This document shows, piece after piece, positions 1 to 10,691 of a stretch of 64,000 nt of DNA. The translations under genes were made by a program, and so were the position numbers. Below the pieces are notes generated by a model. That model was not told where the DNA came from, searched no databases, and saw nothing but the letters and a program-made list of their open reading frames with translations. The DNA is from an uncultured Phycisphaerales bacterium. Its GTDB lineage: Bacteria > Planctomycetota > Phycisphaerae > Sedimentisphaerales > Anaerobacaceae. Every line of letters begins with the position of its first letter. Position 1 is the stretch's first letter. Where the stretch lies: assembly GCA_963718665.1 (NCBI GenBank), contig OY970359.1, positions 399,514-463,513 on the forward strand, in the 5' to 3' direction.

Positions 1-1351
1 TAAACATCTCGATTATCGTATGCGGATAACTATTATCCGCCGGCTGGCCATCGATAACCCTGCCCGCTTCATCGAAAACAAGCTCCGTCTCAGGCAAATC
101 GAGGTGCAGCATACCCTCTCTATCGCGGCGTTTCTCGATTATCCGCGCAAGCGTATTCATATCATTTAATAAAGGCATCACTTCGGGTTTTATATCTTTG
201 GTGTGCCCTTTTAGGAAGCGGTCAACCTGCTGATAAGTCAATCGCTGGGTCGAACGGATAATACTGTTGCGATAATTGCGATTTACGACGTTACCGTCAT
301 TGTCGTAAGCAATATATGCGCTTTTGACTAATCGCAATTGGTCGGGCTGCAAACTGCAAACGCCGTTGCTCAGCATCTCAGGCAGCATCGGGATGACCCT
401 GCCCGGAAGATATATGCTGTTGCCCCGCTCCTTGGCTTCCTTATCCAAAGGCGTTCCGGGCGGCACAAAAAACGTAACATCGGCGATGTGAACACCCAAT
501 AGCCAGTTGCCTTTCGCGTCGCGTCCCAAACTAATCGCGTCGTCAAAATCCTTCGCGTCGAGCGGGTCAATCGTAACTATGATTTTGTTGGTTATATCGT
601 CCCTGTCGCGTATATTTTCCGGCTTATATTCGGTCGCGGCCTTATGCGCCTGAAAAATACAGGAGTCGTTGAATTCGCCCGGAAGCTGGAACTGGTGAGC
701 AATCGAGGCGATTTCGCTTTCGTATCTGCCCGCTTTGCCCAGCACCTCGACAATCACCCCGCGAGCGAGACGTCTTTCTGTGGGATAAGATAATATCTCG
801 ATGACCACCTTGTCCTTTTCTCTGGCGTTTTTTGCAGTAACGTCATCGACGGTTATGGGGTCAGTCGCTCCCGAACCATCCGGCTGTACAAGCCAGCCCT
901 CGGGCTTTCGCATCAGCGTGCCTACAAAGCGGTTGCGTCCCCGCTGAACAATCTCGATGATTCTGCCGCTGTAACGGATTTGCTCTCCCCTGGTAGATTT
1001 CTCGACGACCTTGGCGGCAACGACATCGCCCGTCATCGCCTCCATCGTATCTCCAGGCGGGATAAATAAATCGACGTGGGCCGCCGATTCCAATGGCGTA
1101 ACAAAGCCGAAGCCCCTTGGATTGGCGCGGAAGGTCCCGATGATTCGTCCCGCAAGGCCGGCAAGCCCGACTACGCTGCCGTCGCCCAGGACGACGTGGC
1201 CCGCGTGATGAAGCTCATCGAACGCTCGCTTGAACTCGGGATAATCAGCATGGTCGATACCCAACGCCCCGGCCAGCTCGCTGACCTTGACCGGCTTGTA
1301 GTCGGCGTGCTTCAGTAACTTGATGATTTTCTTCTTATATACTTCTCGCAT
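1..1351 (-). CDS. rnr: Ribonuclease R (RNase II/R family), 5' part only; the gene runs off the left window edge
   Basis: Absent from the ORF track because it is open at the edge. My reverse-complement translation from the ATG at 1351 gives MREVYKKKIIKLLKHADYKPVKVSELAGALGIDHADYPEFKRAFDELHHAG. Further in (about 500-590) it gives NKIIVTIDPLDAKDFDDAISLGRDAKGNW, the RNB-domain signature of RNase II/R. Confidence 0.85.
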   Translation of the reverse strand, partial: MREVYKKKIIKLLKHADYKPVKVSELAGALGIDHADYPEFKRAFDELHHAGHVVLGDGSVVGLAGLAGRIIGTFRANPRGFGFVTPLESAAHVDLFIPPGDTMEAMTGDVVAAKVVEKSTRGEQIRYSGRIIEIVQRGRNRFVGTLMRKPEGWLVQPDGSGATDPITVDDVTAKNAREKDKVVIEILSYPTERRLARGVIVEVLGKAGRYESEIASIAHQFQLPGEFNDSCIFQAHKAATEYKPENIRDRDDITNKIIVTIDPLDAKDFDDAISLGRDAKGNWLLGVHIADVTFFVPPGTPLDKEAKERGNSIYLPGRVIPMLPEMLSNGVCSLQPDQLRLVKSAYIAYDNDGNVVNRNYRNSIIRSTQRLTYQQVDRFLKGHTKDIKPEVMPLLNDMNTLARIIEKRRDREGMLHLDLPETELVFDEAGRVIDGQPADNSYPHTIIEMF

Positions 1352-1385
1352 TTTAACCACTAATGGCTTGGCCATCCCTATCGGG

Positions 1386-1424
1386 AGACACAAAGGCACT
1401 ATTTTCTAATTTTACTTTGTGTCT
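1386..1424. repeat. Perfect 10-bp inverted repeat (agacacaaag / ctttgtgtct) with a 19-nt loop, followed by cttcgtgactttgtgg words
   Basis: Read directly. Lies between the rnr start and the rpsT stop. The words resemble the cacgaag/cacaaag words at 58.09 kb and 63.65 kb. Confidence 0.6.
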
Positions 1425-1446
1425 TGGTGCCTTCGTGACTTTGTGG

Positions 1447-1725
1447 TTAGGCCGGCGCTTTTGCTTTCAGCGCGTTAAGCTTTTTGGCAAGACGTGATTT
1501 TTTGCGAGCGGCTGTCTTTTTATGCATAGTGCTGGTCGATGCGACCTTATCCAGCCGTTTGGCCGTCAGACGGAACTGCTCCGCTGCCGCCTTGATGTCG
1601 CCACTGGCAATCGCGTCCTCAAAACGCTTAATCTGCGTCTTGACGCTGCTCTTTCTTGCGCGATTAATTGCCCTTCTTTTTTCGTTCTGCCTTACTCTCT
1701 TTTTTGCCGACAACGAATGAGCCAC
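1447..1725 (-). CDS. rpsT: 30S ribosomal protein S20
   Basis: 92 aa, MAHSLSAKKRVRQNEKRRAINRARKSSVKTQIKRFEDAI..., a typical basic S20 sequence of typical length. Confidence 0.95.
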   Translation of the reverse strand: MAHSLSAKKRVRQNEKRRAINRARKSSVKTQIKRFEDAIASGDIKAAAEQFRLTAKRLDKVASTSTMHKKTAARKKSRLAKKLNALKAKAPA

Positions 1726-1788
1726 TTCTGTCTCCTAAAAAACACTTCTGTTAACAATTTTCCTGCACACAGTTATTTTCAATACCTG

Positions 1789-3178
1789 CTATTTCGCTTC
1801 TTTTCTCAGCCGGTCAACCCGCTGGGAAACATCTTTGAACCCAAAATCAATCTGGGCTATTTTACGATATATGTCGAGGGCCTCAGCCCTTTTGCTCTGC
1901 TCCTCGAAGGAGCGGGCAAGATTATACCGCAATTCCTTCGCAATGTCGTCATCTTTTATTTCATAAGATTCGATTGCCCTGGTGAAAATATCCTCCGCGT
2001 CGGCATACCAGCCCTTCATAAAAAAGCAAAGGCCTATCTTGCCCATCGCCGCAACCTTGTGCCTCAGGTCTTTCTGGGCCTCCTGAAGCATCGGAATCGC
2101 CTCATCGTACCTCTTGTTGTGGACTAAGCGCAGGCCGTATTCGTATTTCGCCTTGAGGTCGGTAGGATAGTTTTTGACGCAAAGCCCGTAATGTTCCATT
2201 TCCGCCTTGTTCAACTGCGCGATTAAACCGGCGTGCTTTGATTTCGCGACGCTGTCTTCGGGATTTGCGTCAATTACCTCGTCCGCCTCTCGTATCTTGC
2301 GTTTTACCTGCCCGATTCGAATCAGGCCCGCTCGTTCCTTGAAGCTGAAATCCTGTCTCTTTTTGTACGCATCATCAAGCAGTTTTATCGCTTCTTCTTC
2401 CGCCTGGTCGGTCCTCATATCCGCCAGAACGCCTGCCAGTCCGAATATGCTATGTGCCGACTCAGGATTTTGCTCGTATGTCTTTCTCGCCGCCTCTACC
2501 GCAAGAACCCGGTAATCATTGCTCTTGACCACCCCCTGCTGCGACTGAAATACTTCCTGCTCCTCGCGATTTTTGATTGATTTGCGGAAGTCGCCCGCCT
2601 GGTCATATTTGCCTCGCGAGACAGTCAGCTCCGCGGATAATCTCTTCGCCTCGTCGGCTATTTCGCCGTCATCTGGACGCAATTTCGCCGCATACTGGCA
2701 GGCGGCAAGCGCCCTGTCCCACAACCCAATGGCCGCGTATGAATCCTTCAGCAGCAAATACGCATGTCGCCGACGGCGATTGTGAGGCGTTGTTGGCCGC
2801 GAACAGCAAATCCGCTATCCATTTTGCCGTTTGATTGTATCCGCCGGCCACAGCCGCTTTTAACATCGCCTCGATATACGGCAAATGTTCCGGGTCCCTG
2901 GCCATCAGATATTCGGCGTTAAGCAACTGTTCGAGGGGGTTCTTGCCGCGGGAATATTTCATTCTTTCCATTATTGAGGGTTTCTTGCCGCCCTTGGCCT
3001 GTCGTCTAAGGGCAAGCTCCCTAAGCTGCAAATGGCCGTCCTGAAGCGCATCAGGGTTACATCGCAAACCCTGGAGATACAAATCTATAGCATAGTCAAA
3101 ATTGTAGTTTGCGGCCGCTTCGTCGGCCTTTTCAAAAAACAACTTCGCCTTTGCGCATATTCCGTTGTCTTCAGGCAT
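1789..3178 (-). CDS. TPR-repeat protein with the reading frame broken once (ORF-track pieces 2669..3190 and 1789..2757)
   Basis: Both pieces are TPR-like. The upstream piece turns into nonsense-looking sequence (SQSPSATCVFAAEGFIRGHW...) exactly where the downstream frame becomes open (..HAYLLLKDSYAAIGLWDRALAACQYA). The break is near 2762-2768. The likely start is the ATG at 3178, preceded by GAGGAA. Confidence 0.7.
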
Positions 3179-3347
3179 CAATTTCCTCAAAAAATCACTT
3201 TATGAAGCTTCCCACACCATAATCGTATTCTTCGGCCAAATTCTGTCAACAAATAAATCCGCCACGGGCGTATAAATGCTTGTATTGAAATCCCGACTTT
3301 GCTATAAAACCGTGATACCTTAAACCTGATTTTTTGGAGAATATGAT

Positions 3348-4610
3348 ATGCTGACAGCACTTGAGCAGTATGACCCGCAAATATATGAACTTATAAGGCA
3401 GGAAGGCGCACGCCAGAGCGCCTGCGTCCGGCTGATCCCATCAGAAAACTACGTTTCCAAGGCGGTAATGCTGGCAAGCGGCAGCTGCCTGACCAATAAA
3501 TACGCCGAGGGATACCCGGGCAAACGGTATTATGAGGGACAGCAGATTACCGACCTCATCGAAACCATCGCCCGACAGCGAGCCATAAAGATTTTCAAGG
3601 CCGACCACGCTAATGTCCAGCCATATTCCGGCTCGATAGCGAACCTCGCGGCTTATATCGCGCTGGCAAAGCCCGGCGATACGATTATGGGACTTGCGCT
3701 GCCTCACGGCGGACACCTCACCCACGGCTGGAAAGTCAGCATGACCGGCAAAATCTTCAACTCAATGCAGTATGGCGTCAGCGCTGAAACAGGCAGGTTT
3801 GACTATGACCAGATCCGAGACCTGGCAAAGAAAAACAAGCCCAAAATCATAATCTCCGGCTGCACCGCTTATCCGCGAGAAATCAATTTCGAGATTTTCG
3901 GCGATATCGCCAAAGAGGTCGGCGCATATCACGTCAGCGATATCGCCCATATCTCCGGCTTAGTCGTCGCGGGTGTCCACAAAAGCCCGGTTCCCTACGC
4001 CGACATCGTTTCAACAACAACACACAAGACGCTGCGAGGCCCGCGAGGCGGAATGCTGCTCTGCAAGACCGAACACGCCGACAAAGTCGATAAGGCCGTA
4101 TTCCCCGGACTCCAGGGCGGCCCTCACATGCACACGATTACCGCGATTGCCGTCGCGCTGGCGGAAGCCGACACGACTGAATTTGTCGCTTACGCAAAAC
4201 AGATTGTCAAAAATGCAAAGGCGATGGCCGAGAAACTGCTCGAATGCGGATTTAATCTCGTATCGGGCGGCACCGATAATCACCTGATTCTCATCGATTT
4301 GAGAAACAAAAACATCCCCGGCAAAAAATTCGCCAAGGCGCTCGACCGAGCCAGAATCGAAACCAACTACAACACCGTGCCCAACGACCCCGCCCCACCG
4401 GCAAATCCGAGCGGCCTGCGAATCGGAACGCCCGCGATTACCACACGTGGTATGAAAGAAGAACAGGCCCGACTAATCGCGGAATATATAGGCAAGGTCG
4501 CCGAGAACATCGATAATGAATCGGTCATCGAGCAGGTCGCCAAAGACGTTCTGCTTTTGTGCTCGCAGTTCCCGGTGCCGGACCACTTCATTATTCCGAA
4601 CAGGAAATAA
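3348..4610 (+). CDS. glyA: Serine hydroxymethyltransferase
   Basis: 420 aa with SHMT hallmarks: LIPSENYVS, NKYAEGYPGKRYY, VSTTTHKTLRGPRGG (PLP-lysine region). Confidence 0.95.
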   Translation: MLTALEQYDPQIYELIRQEGARQSACVRLIPSENYVSKAVMLASGSCLTNKYAEGYPGKRYYEGQQITDLIETIARQRAIKIFKADHANVQPYSGSIANLAAYIALAKPGDTIMGLALPHGGHLTHGWKVSMTGKIFNSMQYGVSAETGRFDYDQIRDLAKKNKPKIIISGCTAYPREINFEIFGDIAKEVGAYHVSDIAHISGLVVAGVHKSPVPYADIVSTTTHKTLRGPRGGMLLCKTEHADKVDKAVFPGLQGGPHMHTITAIAVALAEADTTEFVAYAKQIVKNAKAMAEKLLECGFNLVSGGTDNHLILIDLRNKNIPGKKFAKALDRARIETNYNTVPNDPAPPANPSGLRIGTPAITTRGMKEEQARLIAEYIGKVAENIDNESVIEQVAKDVLLLCSQFPVPDHFIIPNRK

Positions 4611-4659
4611 TCGCTGGTATTTGCAGCCGTTTACTTTTCGCTGCGATTTGTGTGCAGGG

Positions 4660-5706
4660 ATGCGAGAGAGTCCTCTGAAAATAGCTGTCCTGGGCCTCAA
4701 TGACGCGGGCAGGTCGCTGCTCGACGCGGCCAAAGGTCTCGACTGCTTTACCATCGCGGCTGTGGGTGATAATGACACAAACCTGGCGCAGCAGGTCGCC
4801 AAAGATTACAACTGCGCAGCATACGACGATTATCGCCGGCTGATAATACAGAACCAGCTCGACTGCCTGCTCGTCGCCGCACCGATTCACAATTGCGCCG
4901 AATATCTCAAACTGGCGATAAAAAAGAAATTTCACATTCTCAAGCTGCCGCCATTAGCGAGAAATTTCAGCGAGACGGCGGAATTCGTAAAGATGACGCA
5001 AAACGAGGGAGTTACACTGGCTGCGGCCAACCCGGGAAGATTCGCTCAAAGCGCACTTGCGGCAAGGGGATATTTTCTGCAAAACCCGGCACAACAGCCC
5101 TTTCTTATCCTTGCCGCAGCAGGCGAGCCGACACCGGGCACATCAAGGGCAAAATGGCGAGACGACCCCGTGCTGGCCGGAGGCGGCGCGATTCTTTACG
5201 ACTGCTGGGAGATAATCGACCAGATAATTCTGAACTTCGGCCTGCCCCAGCAGGTGTATTGCGTCGCAGGAAGCACCGCAGGCGACAGACAGCAGCGACT
5301 ATACAGAACTGAGGACAGCGCTATCATAACAATGAAATTCGGCGACGCGATGTCGGGCAATCTCCTCGCGGGGCACGCCTCTGTCGGGCAATCACTCGCA
5401 AACCAGCAGCAAAAATGGTTAATCGCACAGTGCCAGGATACGATTGTAAGATGCAACGACAAGGTGTTTGAAATCGCTGATTCGTGGGGACAGCGGCTCA
5501 GGCAGGACAAATTCGCGGACGATTCGCCCGCCCGGATGAAAATGGTACTGGAGAATTTCGGCTCTCATCTGCTGTGGCCCGACAAAAACCCGCTCGTAAG
5601 CCCCGCAGCCGACACCCTGAAGATTATGGCATTTATAGAAGCTGCTTATCTTTCCGCACGCACCGGCATGCCGGAAGAGCCGGCGAGAATACTCAAAATA
5701 GCGTAA
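4660..5706 (+). CDS. Gfo/Idh/MocA-family NAD(P)-dependent oxidoreductase
   Basis: Internal ATG at 4660 (MRESPLKIAVLGLNDAGRSLL...). The upstream part of the ORF overlaps the glyA 3' end. Rossmann N-terminus and LVAAPIHNCAEYLKLAIKKKFHILKLPP match the family pattern. Confidence 0.75.
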   Translation: MRESPLKIAVLGLNDAGRSLLDAAKGLDCFTIAAVGDNDTNLAQQVAKDYNCAAYDDYRRLIIQNQLDCLLVAAPIHNCAEYLKLAIKKKFHILKLPPLARNFSETAEFVKMTQNEGVTLAAANPGRFAQSALAARGYFLQNPAQQPFLILAAAGEPTPGTSRAKWRDDPVLAGGGAILYDCWEIIDQIILNFGLPQQVYCVAGSTAGDRQQRLYRTEDSAIITMKFGDAMSGNLLAGHASVGQSLANQQQKWLIAQCQDTIVRCNDKVFEIADSWGQRLRQDKFADDSPARMKMVLENFGSHLLWPDKNPLVSPAADTLKIMAFIEAAYLSARTGMPEEPARILKIA

Positions 5707-5771
5707 TGTTTTCCGGCCTGTGACAGGCAAACCGCATTTTTTTTCAACGCAATCACTCCACTGCCGGTCAA

Positions 5772-6602
5772 TTACCTGCGTGGTTCGTCAGGCAGATTTT
5801 TTAACCTGTCCAGAATGTTCTGCCGGTATTCATCTTCCCCCGTTTTTGTCCCCGCGATACCGTCCAGATAATGTGACTGGATTCTCGCCCTGAGATAATC
5901 GATGCGATTTTCGGGCGAAGGGTGCGTCAAAAAGAAATCGCAGGAATTGTTCGTCTCCTCCTCTTTCTGCAGTATCTGCATCGTTTCGACCATACCGTTG
6001 GGGTTGTAGCCGGCCCTGAGCATATATTCCATACCGCCGAGGTCTGCGGTTTTTTCGTATTCCCTGCTGTATTTGAGATCCATAAGCTGCAGGGCGATAT
6101 CGGCGGCAGCCACCTCGCCCTGGTTTCTTGCCTGGGACGCCGCAAGGATAAACAACGCGCCCATTCCCGCCTGCTTGCTCATCATATTTTCCGTATCTCT
6201 TGCGACAACGTGAACGGTCTCGTGCGCCAGTATGCCCGCGAGCTGCGATTCGCTTTCGAGTTTGGCGAGCAGTCCTTTTGTAATAAAAATGCACCCGCCG
6301 GGAATCGCCAGGGCGTTTATCGACTTATCGTTGACGGCAACATAATTAAAATCAAAATCCGGATTGTGGCTGAATCTGGCGATTTTATGGCCTACGCCGT
6401 TTATATAATCCTGCAATATCTGGTCTTTGATTCTGCCTTTAAGCTCTTCTTCGACCTTCGGGGCAATCTCTTTGCCCAACTTTATATCGTTATGGTAGTC
6501 ACGGTCGAGCATCAGTTCGTCTTCGCCGGTAATCGGGTTTGCGGCACAGCCAAAAGAAAAACACAAACCAGATATCAACAAAAGCAAAACAAACTTATGC
6601 AT
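5772..6602 (-). CDS. M48-family zinc metallopeptidase, lipoprotein signal
   Basis: N-terminal LLLISGLCFSFGC lipobox-like signal and an HExxH motif (ILAHETVHVVARD); 276 aa. Confidence 0.8.
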   Translation of the reverse strand: MHKFVLLLLISGLCFSFGCAANPITGEDELMLDRDYHNDIKLGKEIAPKVEEELKGRIKDQILQDYINGVGHKIARFSHNPDFDFNYVAVNDKSINALAIPGGCIFITKGLLAKLESESQLAGILAHETVHVVARDTENMMSKQAGMGALFILAASQARNQGEVAAADIALQLMDLKYSREYEKTADLGGMEYMLRAGYNPNGMVETMQILQKEEETNNSCDFFLTHPSPENRIDYLRARIQSHYLDGIAGTKTGEDEYRQNILDRLKNLPDEPRR

Positions 6603-6691
6603 TTTCAGTTTCCCCTTTATAATTTACTGTTTATGATTTATTATCCTCAAATTGTAAATCAAAAATAACAAATCGAAAATAGAAAATAAAT

Positions 6692-7735
6692 ATGAATGAA
6701 ACACTTGTAACGGGCGGACTGGTCTTTATTGTCGGGCTGGTTCTTGTTCTGCCGTTTTTATCCAAACGGGTCGAAAAACAGCTTGAGGCCTTCCTGTTTG
6801 TTATGGGGTGCCTCGCTGTAACCATCTCCTGGCTCTGGTCATGGCATTTAGTGAAAGAGGCGCTCATTGAGCCGATTAAAATTACGCTGGCGGTGCTGTT
6901 TGCGGGCGTGATTTTCCGATTCATCAGGCCCAAAGTAGGCGCATGGGCGCATGGTTTCGCACGTCTGTTCGGTTATTCGGCGCTGTTCTTCGTTATCGTT
7001 GCCGGGCTTGGCTTATTGTCCAGCGTCATCACCGCGATTATCGCTGCTCTAATTCTCGTGGAGGTCATAAGCGCATTACGCCTGCCAAGAATTCTCGAAG
7101 TGCGGCTGGTAATTATCGCCTGCTTTTCAATCGGTCTCGGCGCGGTTCTGACGCCCATCGGCGAGCCGTTATCCACTATCGCTGTATCCAAGCTTTCGGG
7201 CGAGCCATATCACGCAAGTTTCTTCTTCCTGCTGAAACTCTTAGGTAAATGGGTAATCCCGATGGTCCTGCTGCTTGGCATATTGCCGGCGTTCCTTAAA
7301 GGCAAGCACGAGGGGCAATCGCCCACACTCACCGAGGACAAGCCGGAAAACTTCAGGGATATATTCATCAGGACAGGCAAGGTCTATCTGTTTGTCCTCG
7401 CGCTCGTTTTTCTGGGTGCCGGTTTTACGCCAGTTGTTGACAAATATATTGTGCATATCCCTTCAGCGGCGATTTACTGGGCAAATACCACCTCAGCAAT
7501 TCTCGATAACGCGACGCTGACAGCCGCGGAAATATCCCCCGCTATGTCCATCGACACAATCAAAGACGCCCTGATGGGTCTGCTAATCGCGGGCGGTATG
7601 CTCATCCCCGGAAATATCCCAAACATTATTTGCGCAAGCAAACTCTCGATAAAAAGCAAAGAATGGGCTGTATTCGGCATCCCCCTCGGTATGGTCATTA
7701 TGCTCGGCTGCTTTATACTTCTGCTTTTGACATAA
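6692..7735 (+). CDS. Polytopic membrane protein, DUF1646-like putative cation transporter
   Basis: 347 aa with many TM helices. LPFLSKRVEKQLEAFLFVMG and LLSSVITAIIAALILVEV...ACFSIGLGAVLTPIGEPLSTIAVSKL match my recollection of the DUF1646 family. Confidence 0.65.
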   Translation: MNETLVTGGLVFIVGLVLVLPFLSKRVEKQLEAFLFVMGCLAVTISWLWSWHLVKEALIEPIKITLAVLFAGVIFRFIRPKVGAWAHGFARLFGYSALFFVIVAGLGLLSSVITAIIAALILVEVISALRLPRILEVRLVIIACFSIGLGAVLTPIGEPLSTIAVSKLSGEPYHASFFFLLKLLGKWVIPMVLLLGILPAFLKGKHEGQSPTLTEDKPENFRDIFIRTGKVYLFVLALVFLGAGFTPVVDKYIVHIPSAAIYWANTTSAILDNATLTAAEISPAMSIDTIKDALMGLLIAGGMLIPGNIPNIICASKLSIKSKEWAVFGIPLGMVIMLGCFILLLLT

Positions 7736-7798
7736 TCTCGCATCAGCGCTTGCGAAATTACCTCATTTTCAGTATAATCCTGCCGATATAGAACTTAC

Positions 7799-7870
7799 GC
7801 CAACGTAGCTCAATGGTAGAGCTCCGGTTTTGTAAACCGGAGGTTATCGGTTCGAATCCGATCGTTGGCT
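7799..7870 (+). tRNA. tRNA-Thr (anticodon UGU), no encoded CCA
   Basis: Hand-folded cloverleaf: acceptor GCCAACG/CGTTGGC, D arm GCTC-AATGGTA-GAGC, anticodon arm CCGGT-TTTGTAA-ACCGG, T arm ATCGG-TTCGAAT-CCGAT, 72 nt. Confidence 0.93.
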
Positions 7871-8042
7871 TTCGCTCGCTTCAAAAACCTCATAAAACAG
7901 CAAATTTAAGGGCAAATAAAGCCATCCCAGCCAAAAATGCTATTTACTTGCCCCCTTTTTCAGGATATAATAATACTGCTGCATTGTTGGACTTGTAACA
8001 CCACACTCATCTCGAGAGGAACCGAAAAGGGGGCCAGTAACG

Positions 8043-10388
8043 ATGAAAAGAACGGCGTATATTTTGGCCGCATGCCTAATCGCAACCTTGGCATTCGGAA
8101 TCAATCGGGCAAATGCAACCACAATAAGCGGCATTTCACAAAACGCATCCACCATCGGCAGATATACCAAATACGAACTGACATTTACGCTTTCACGGAC
8201 ATATACAAACCCGTTCGACCCCTGCGTAGTTGACGTTATGGTAACGTTTCATCAGCCCGACGGGACCAACGTGAATATTCCGGGTTTTTATTACCAGGCA
8301 TATTCCACATCAGGAAGCAATCCTGAATATTATACTACAGCAGGCGCAATATCCTGGAAGGCAAGATTCGCACCTTCGCAGCTCGGCTCATATACCTGCG
8401 ATATCAAAGTCAAAGACGTGGATGGAACAACAACAGCAACAACCGCCGGCTCTTTTACCTGCCAGGAAAGCGGCAAAAAAGGGTTCATCAGAGTTGACCC
8501 CAACCAGCACGACTTTCTCAAATATACTAATGGCGACACGCGCATTAACATCGGCCAGAACATCGGCTGGAATAACGGCTCACTTCCTGGCGGCGGAATC
8601 GCTGGCTGGAATTATTTCCTCACAAAATTGCACAACGCAGGCGCAAACTGGGTGCGATTATGGTGCTGCACCTATGGGGCTGATTATGGAGTTGCGCTGG
8701 AATGGCCAATCGGATGGGGCAACAACTACTTCCAGGGCCCGGGAAAACCTTCCCTGCAAACCTCGCTTAGAATGGACGGGTATGTCGCAAGCGCAGAGCA
8801 AAACGACATCGCCATTCAGTTTGCCCTTCAGCATCACGGCCAGGTCAGCACAACCACAGATGCCGACTGGGCCTCCAATCCTTACAATATCGCTAATACC
8901 GGCGGTTTCCTCCCAGACCCCTGCAAATACTTCACCGACCCCTGTGCTATACAATTGACCAAAAACAAATACCGCTACATCGTAGCAAGATGGGGTTATT
9001 CGCCGGCAATTTACGCCTGGGAGTTATTCAACGAAGTTCAGTGGACCGATGGCTGGAATTACGACCAGTCAACCGTTGTAAACTGGCACAACATTATGTC
9101 ATCTTACATCCGCAGCATCGATGCGTTCAATCACCCCATTACTACCAGCAGTCATGAGCCAGGTTTCGAAAACATCTGGAATCTCCCCGATATCAATCTG
9201 GTTGAGAATCACTATTATGGAAATGATACTATCCAAGTGTTCGAGCAGACAGCCCTGACCCTAGCGGACTTCAATAAACCGGTGCTTATGGCCGAATTCG
9301 GATTAGGGGGCGGTCCCGAAGGAAGCCCTAACGAGCCGGAACCTTATGCGACACAATTAAAAGAAGGTCTGGAGATGCATAACGGCATCTGGAGCGCCTT
9401 CTTCGCCAAAAGCAGCGCGCATCTGTGGTGGTGGGACAATTATATCGACCCCTGCAATCTTTATGGCGTATATACGCCGCTTTCGATTTACGACGCCAAT
9501 GAGAATCTTGCCGACTGCAATTTAGTCAGGGCACAGCGAGCCGCCTCCGGAACCGAGGCGTATTTTGCAAATCCGGTCCTCACCGATTTCTGGGCGATAT
9601 CCGACCAGAATATATTTTATCTCAATGTGGATTACTTCCCCGGTATGGGAAACCTCTCTCAATGGCTTCAGGGTTCCTGTCAGCCAGCCCTCAAGTCAGA
9701 CCCCAATTTCCATTTGAATATGCCGACTGCCGGCTCTCTTAAAATCCACGTACAGAGTACCGCAAACTGGACCCCTAATATCCTGAGTGTGCTTGTGAAT
9801 GGAGGAAAGGTTTTTTCAGGAACATATCCTGCCGATTCAAACAATTTTATAATCTCGGTCCCCCTTTCGGCGGGCCAGCAATCCGTGCAGATTAAAAACG
9901 ATGGCAACGACTGGTTTGAAATAACCAGCTATGAATTCGCCCCCAATAACGTCTCGCCTCTGGGTTCTATGGGGCTTGTGGGCAAACAGCGGGGCTATTT
10001 CTGGATTTATGACACAAACAGTCAATACGGGCTTGTAAATAACGGAACTTTCCATAATCAACCCGTTATCGCCCAGGGACTCGACGACGGACTTTACAAC
10101 GTTTATGTTTATGCGACATGGGGCGCCGGAGGCATCATCAACTCAGGGACAGCCAATTCCGTAAATGGTCAGTTGACATATACACTTCCCGATTTCAGCA
10201 AGGATATCGCCGTCAAAGTCATCGGCGTTGTCGATATTTATGACCTCGACGCTTTTTGCAATTACTGGCTGCAGACAGGTTCGAACCTGAGTGCGGACCT
10301 TAACCACGACGGCAAGGTGGATTTCGCCGACTTCAGCACATTAGCCGGCTATTGGATGAACAACAGTCCCGGGAACTGGCCTTTTTAA
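8043..10388 (+). CDS. Secreted glycoside hydrolase (DUF5060-like N-domain plus GH5/DUF4038-like TIM barrel) with a C-terminal dockerin-like tag
   Basis: Signal peptide (MKRTAYILAACLIATLAFG). N-domain YTKYELTFTLSRTYTNPFDP...PGFYYQAY. AWELFNEVQW (the NE acid/base motif of clan GH-A). C-terminal DLNHDGKVDFADFSTLAGYW. Confidence 0.7.
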   Translation: MKRTAYILAACLIATLAFGINRANATTISGISQNASTIGRYTKYELTFTLSRTYTNPFDPCVVDVMVTFHQPDGTNVNIPGFYYQAYSTSGSNPEYYTTAGAISWKARFAPSQLGSYTCDIKVKDVDGTTTATTAGSFTCQESGKKGFIRVDPNQHDFLKYTNGDTRINIGQNIGWNNGSLPGGGIAGWNYFLTKLHNAGANWVRLWCCTYGADYGVALEWPIGWGNNYFQGPGKPSLQTSLRMDGYVASAEQNDIAIQFALQHHGQVSTTTDADWASNPYNIANTGGFLPDPCKYFTDPCAIQLTKNKYRYIVARWGYSPAIYAWELFNEVQWTDGWNYDQSTVVNWHNIMSSYIRSIDAFNHPITTSSHEPGFENIWNLPDINLVENHYYGNDTIQVFEQTALTLADFNKPVLMAEFGLGGGPEGSPNEPEPYATQLKEGLEMHNGIWSAFFAKSSAHLWWWDNYIDPCNLYGVYTPLSIYDANENLADCNLVRAQRAASGTEAYFANPVLTDFWAISDQNIFYLNVDYFPGMGNLSQWLQGSCQPALKSDPNFHLNMPTAGSLKIHVQSTANWTPNILSVLVNGGKVFSGTYPADSNNFIISVPLSAGQQSVQIKNDGNDWFEITSYEFAPNNVSPLGSMGLVGKQRGYFWIYDTNSQYGLVNNGTFHNQPVIAQGLDDGLYNVYVYATWGAGGIINSGTANSVNGQLTYTLPDFSKDIAVKVIGVVDIYDLDAFCNYWLQTGSNLSADLNHDGKVDFADFSTLAGYWMNNSPGNWPF

Positions 10389-10422
10389 ACTGAATCTTAC
10401 TTCATAATTTCAAAATACCTCG

Positions 10423-10449
10423 GGCCGTCTTTTACAGACGGCCTTTTTT
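10423..10449 (+). terminator. Rho-independent terminator after the glycoside hydrolase gene
   Basis: ggccgtct-tttac-agacggcc 8-bp stem followed by tttttt, 35 nt downstream of the stop codon. Confidence 0.8.
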
Positions 10450-10691
10450 CTAATATTGTCCGCAAAAAATACAGCTTTGAGTACAGTTGCAGTCGCCGCA
10501 AGGTAACATAAAAACCCTCTTTTTCGCTGCCCGCAACTAACTAAAAAGAATGGCCAAAATCGCCCTTCTAACATTATTAAAAAATCCCATAATATGCCGA
10601 TATACTTAAGATACGAAAGGACAATGGGGGCGTTCTTTGTCCTAAAAATATTGCTGATATTCATCGCCAGCGGATTTGGCAAGGAGCAGGC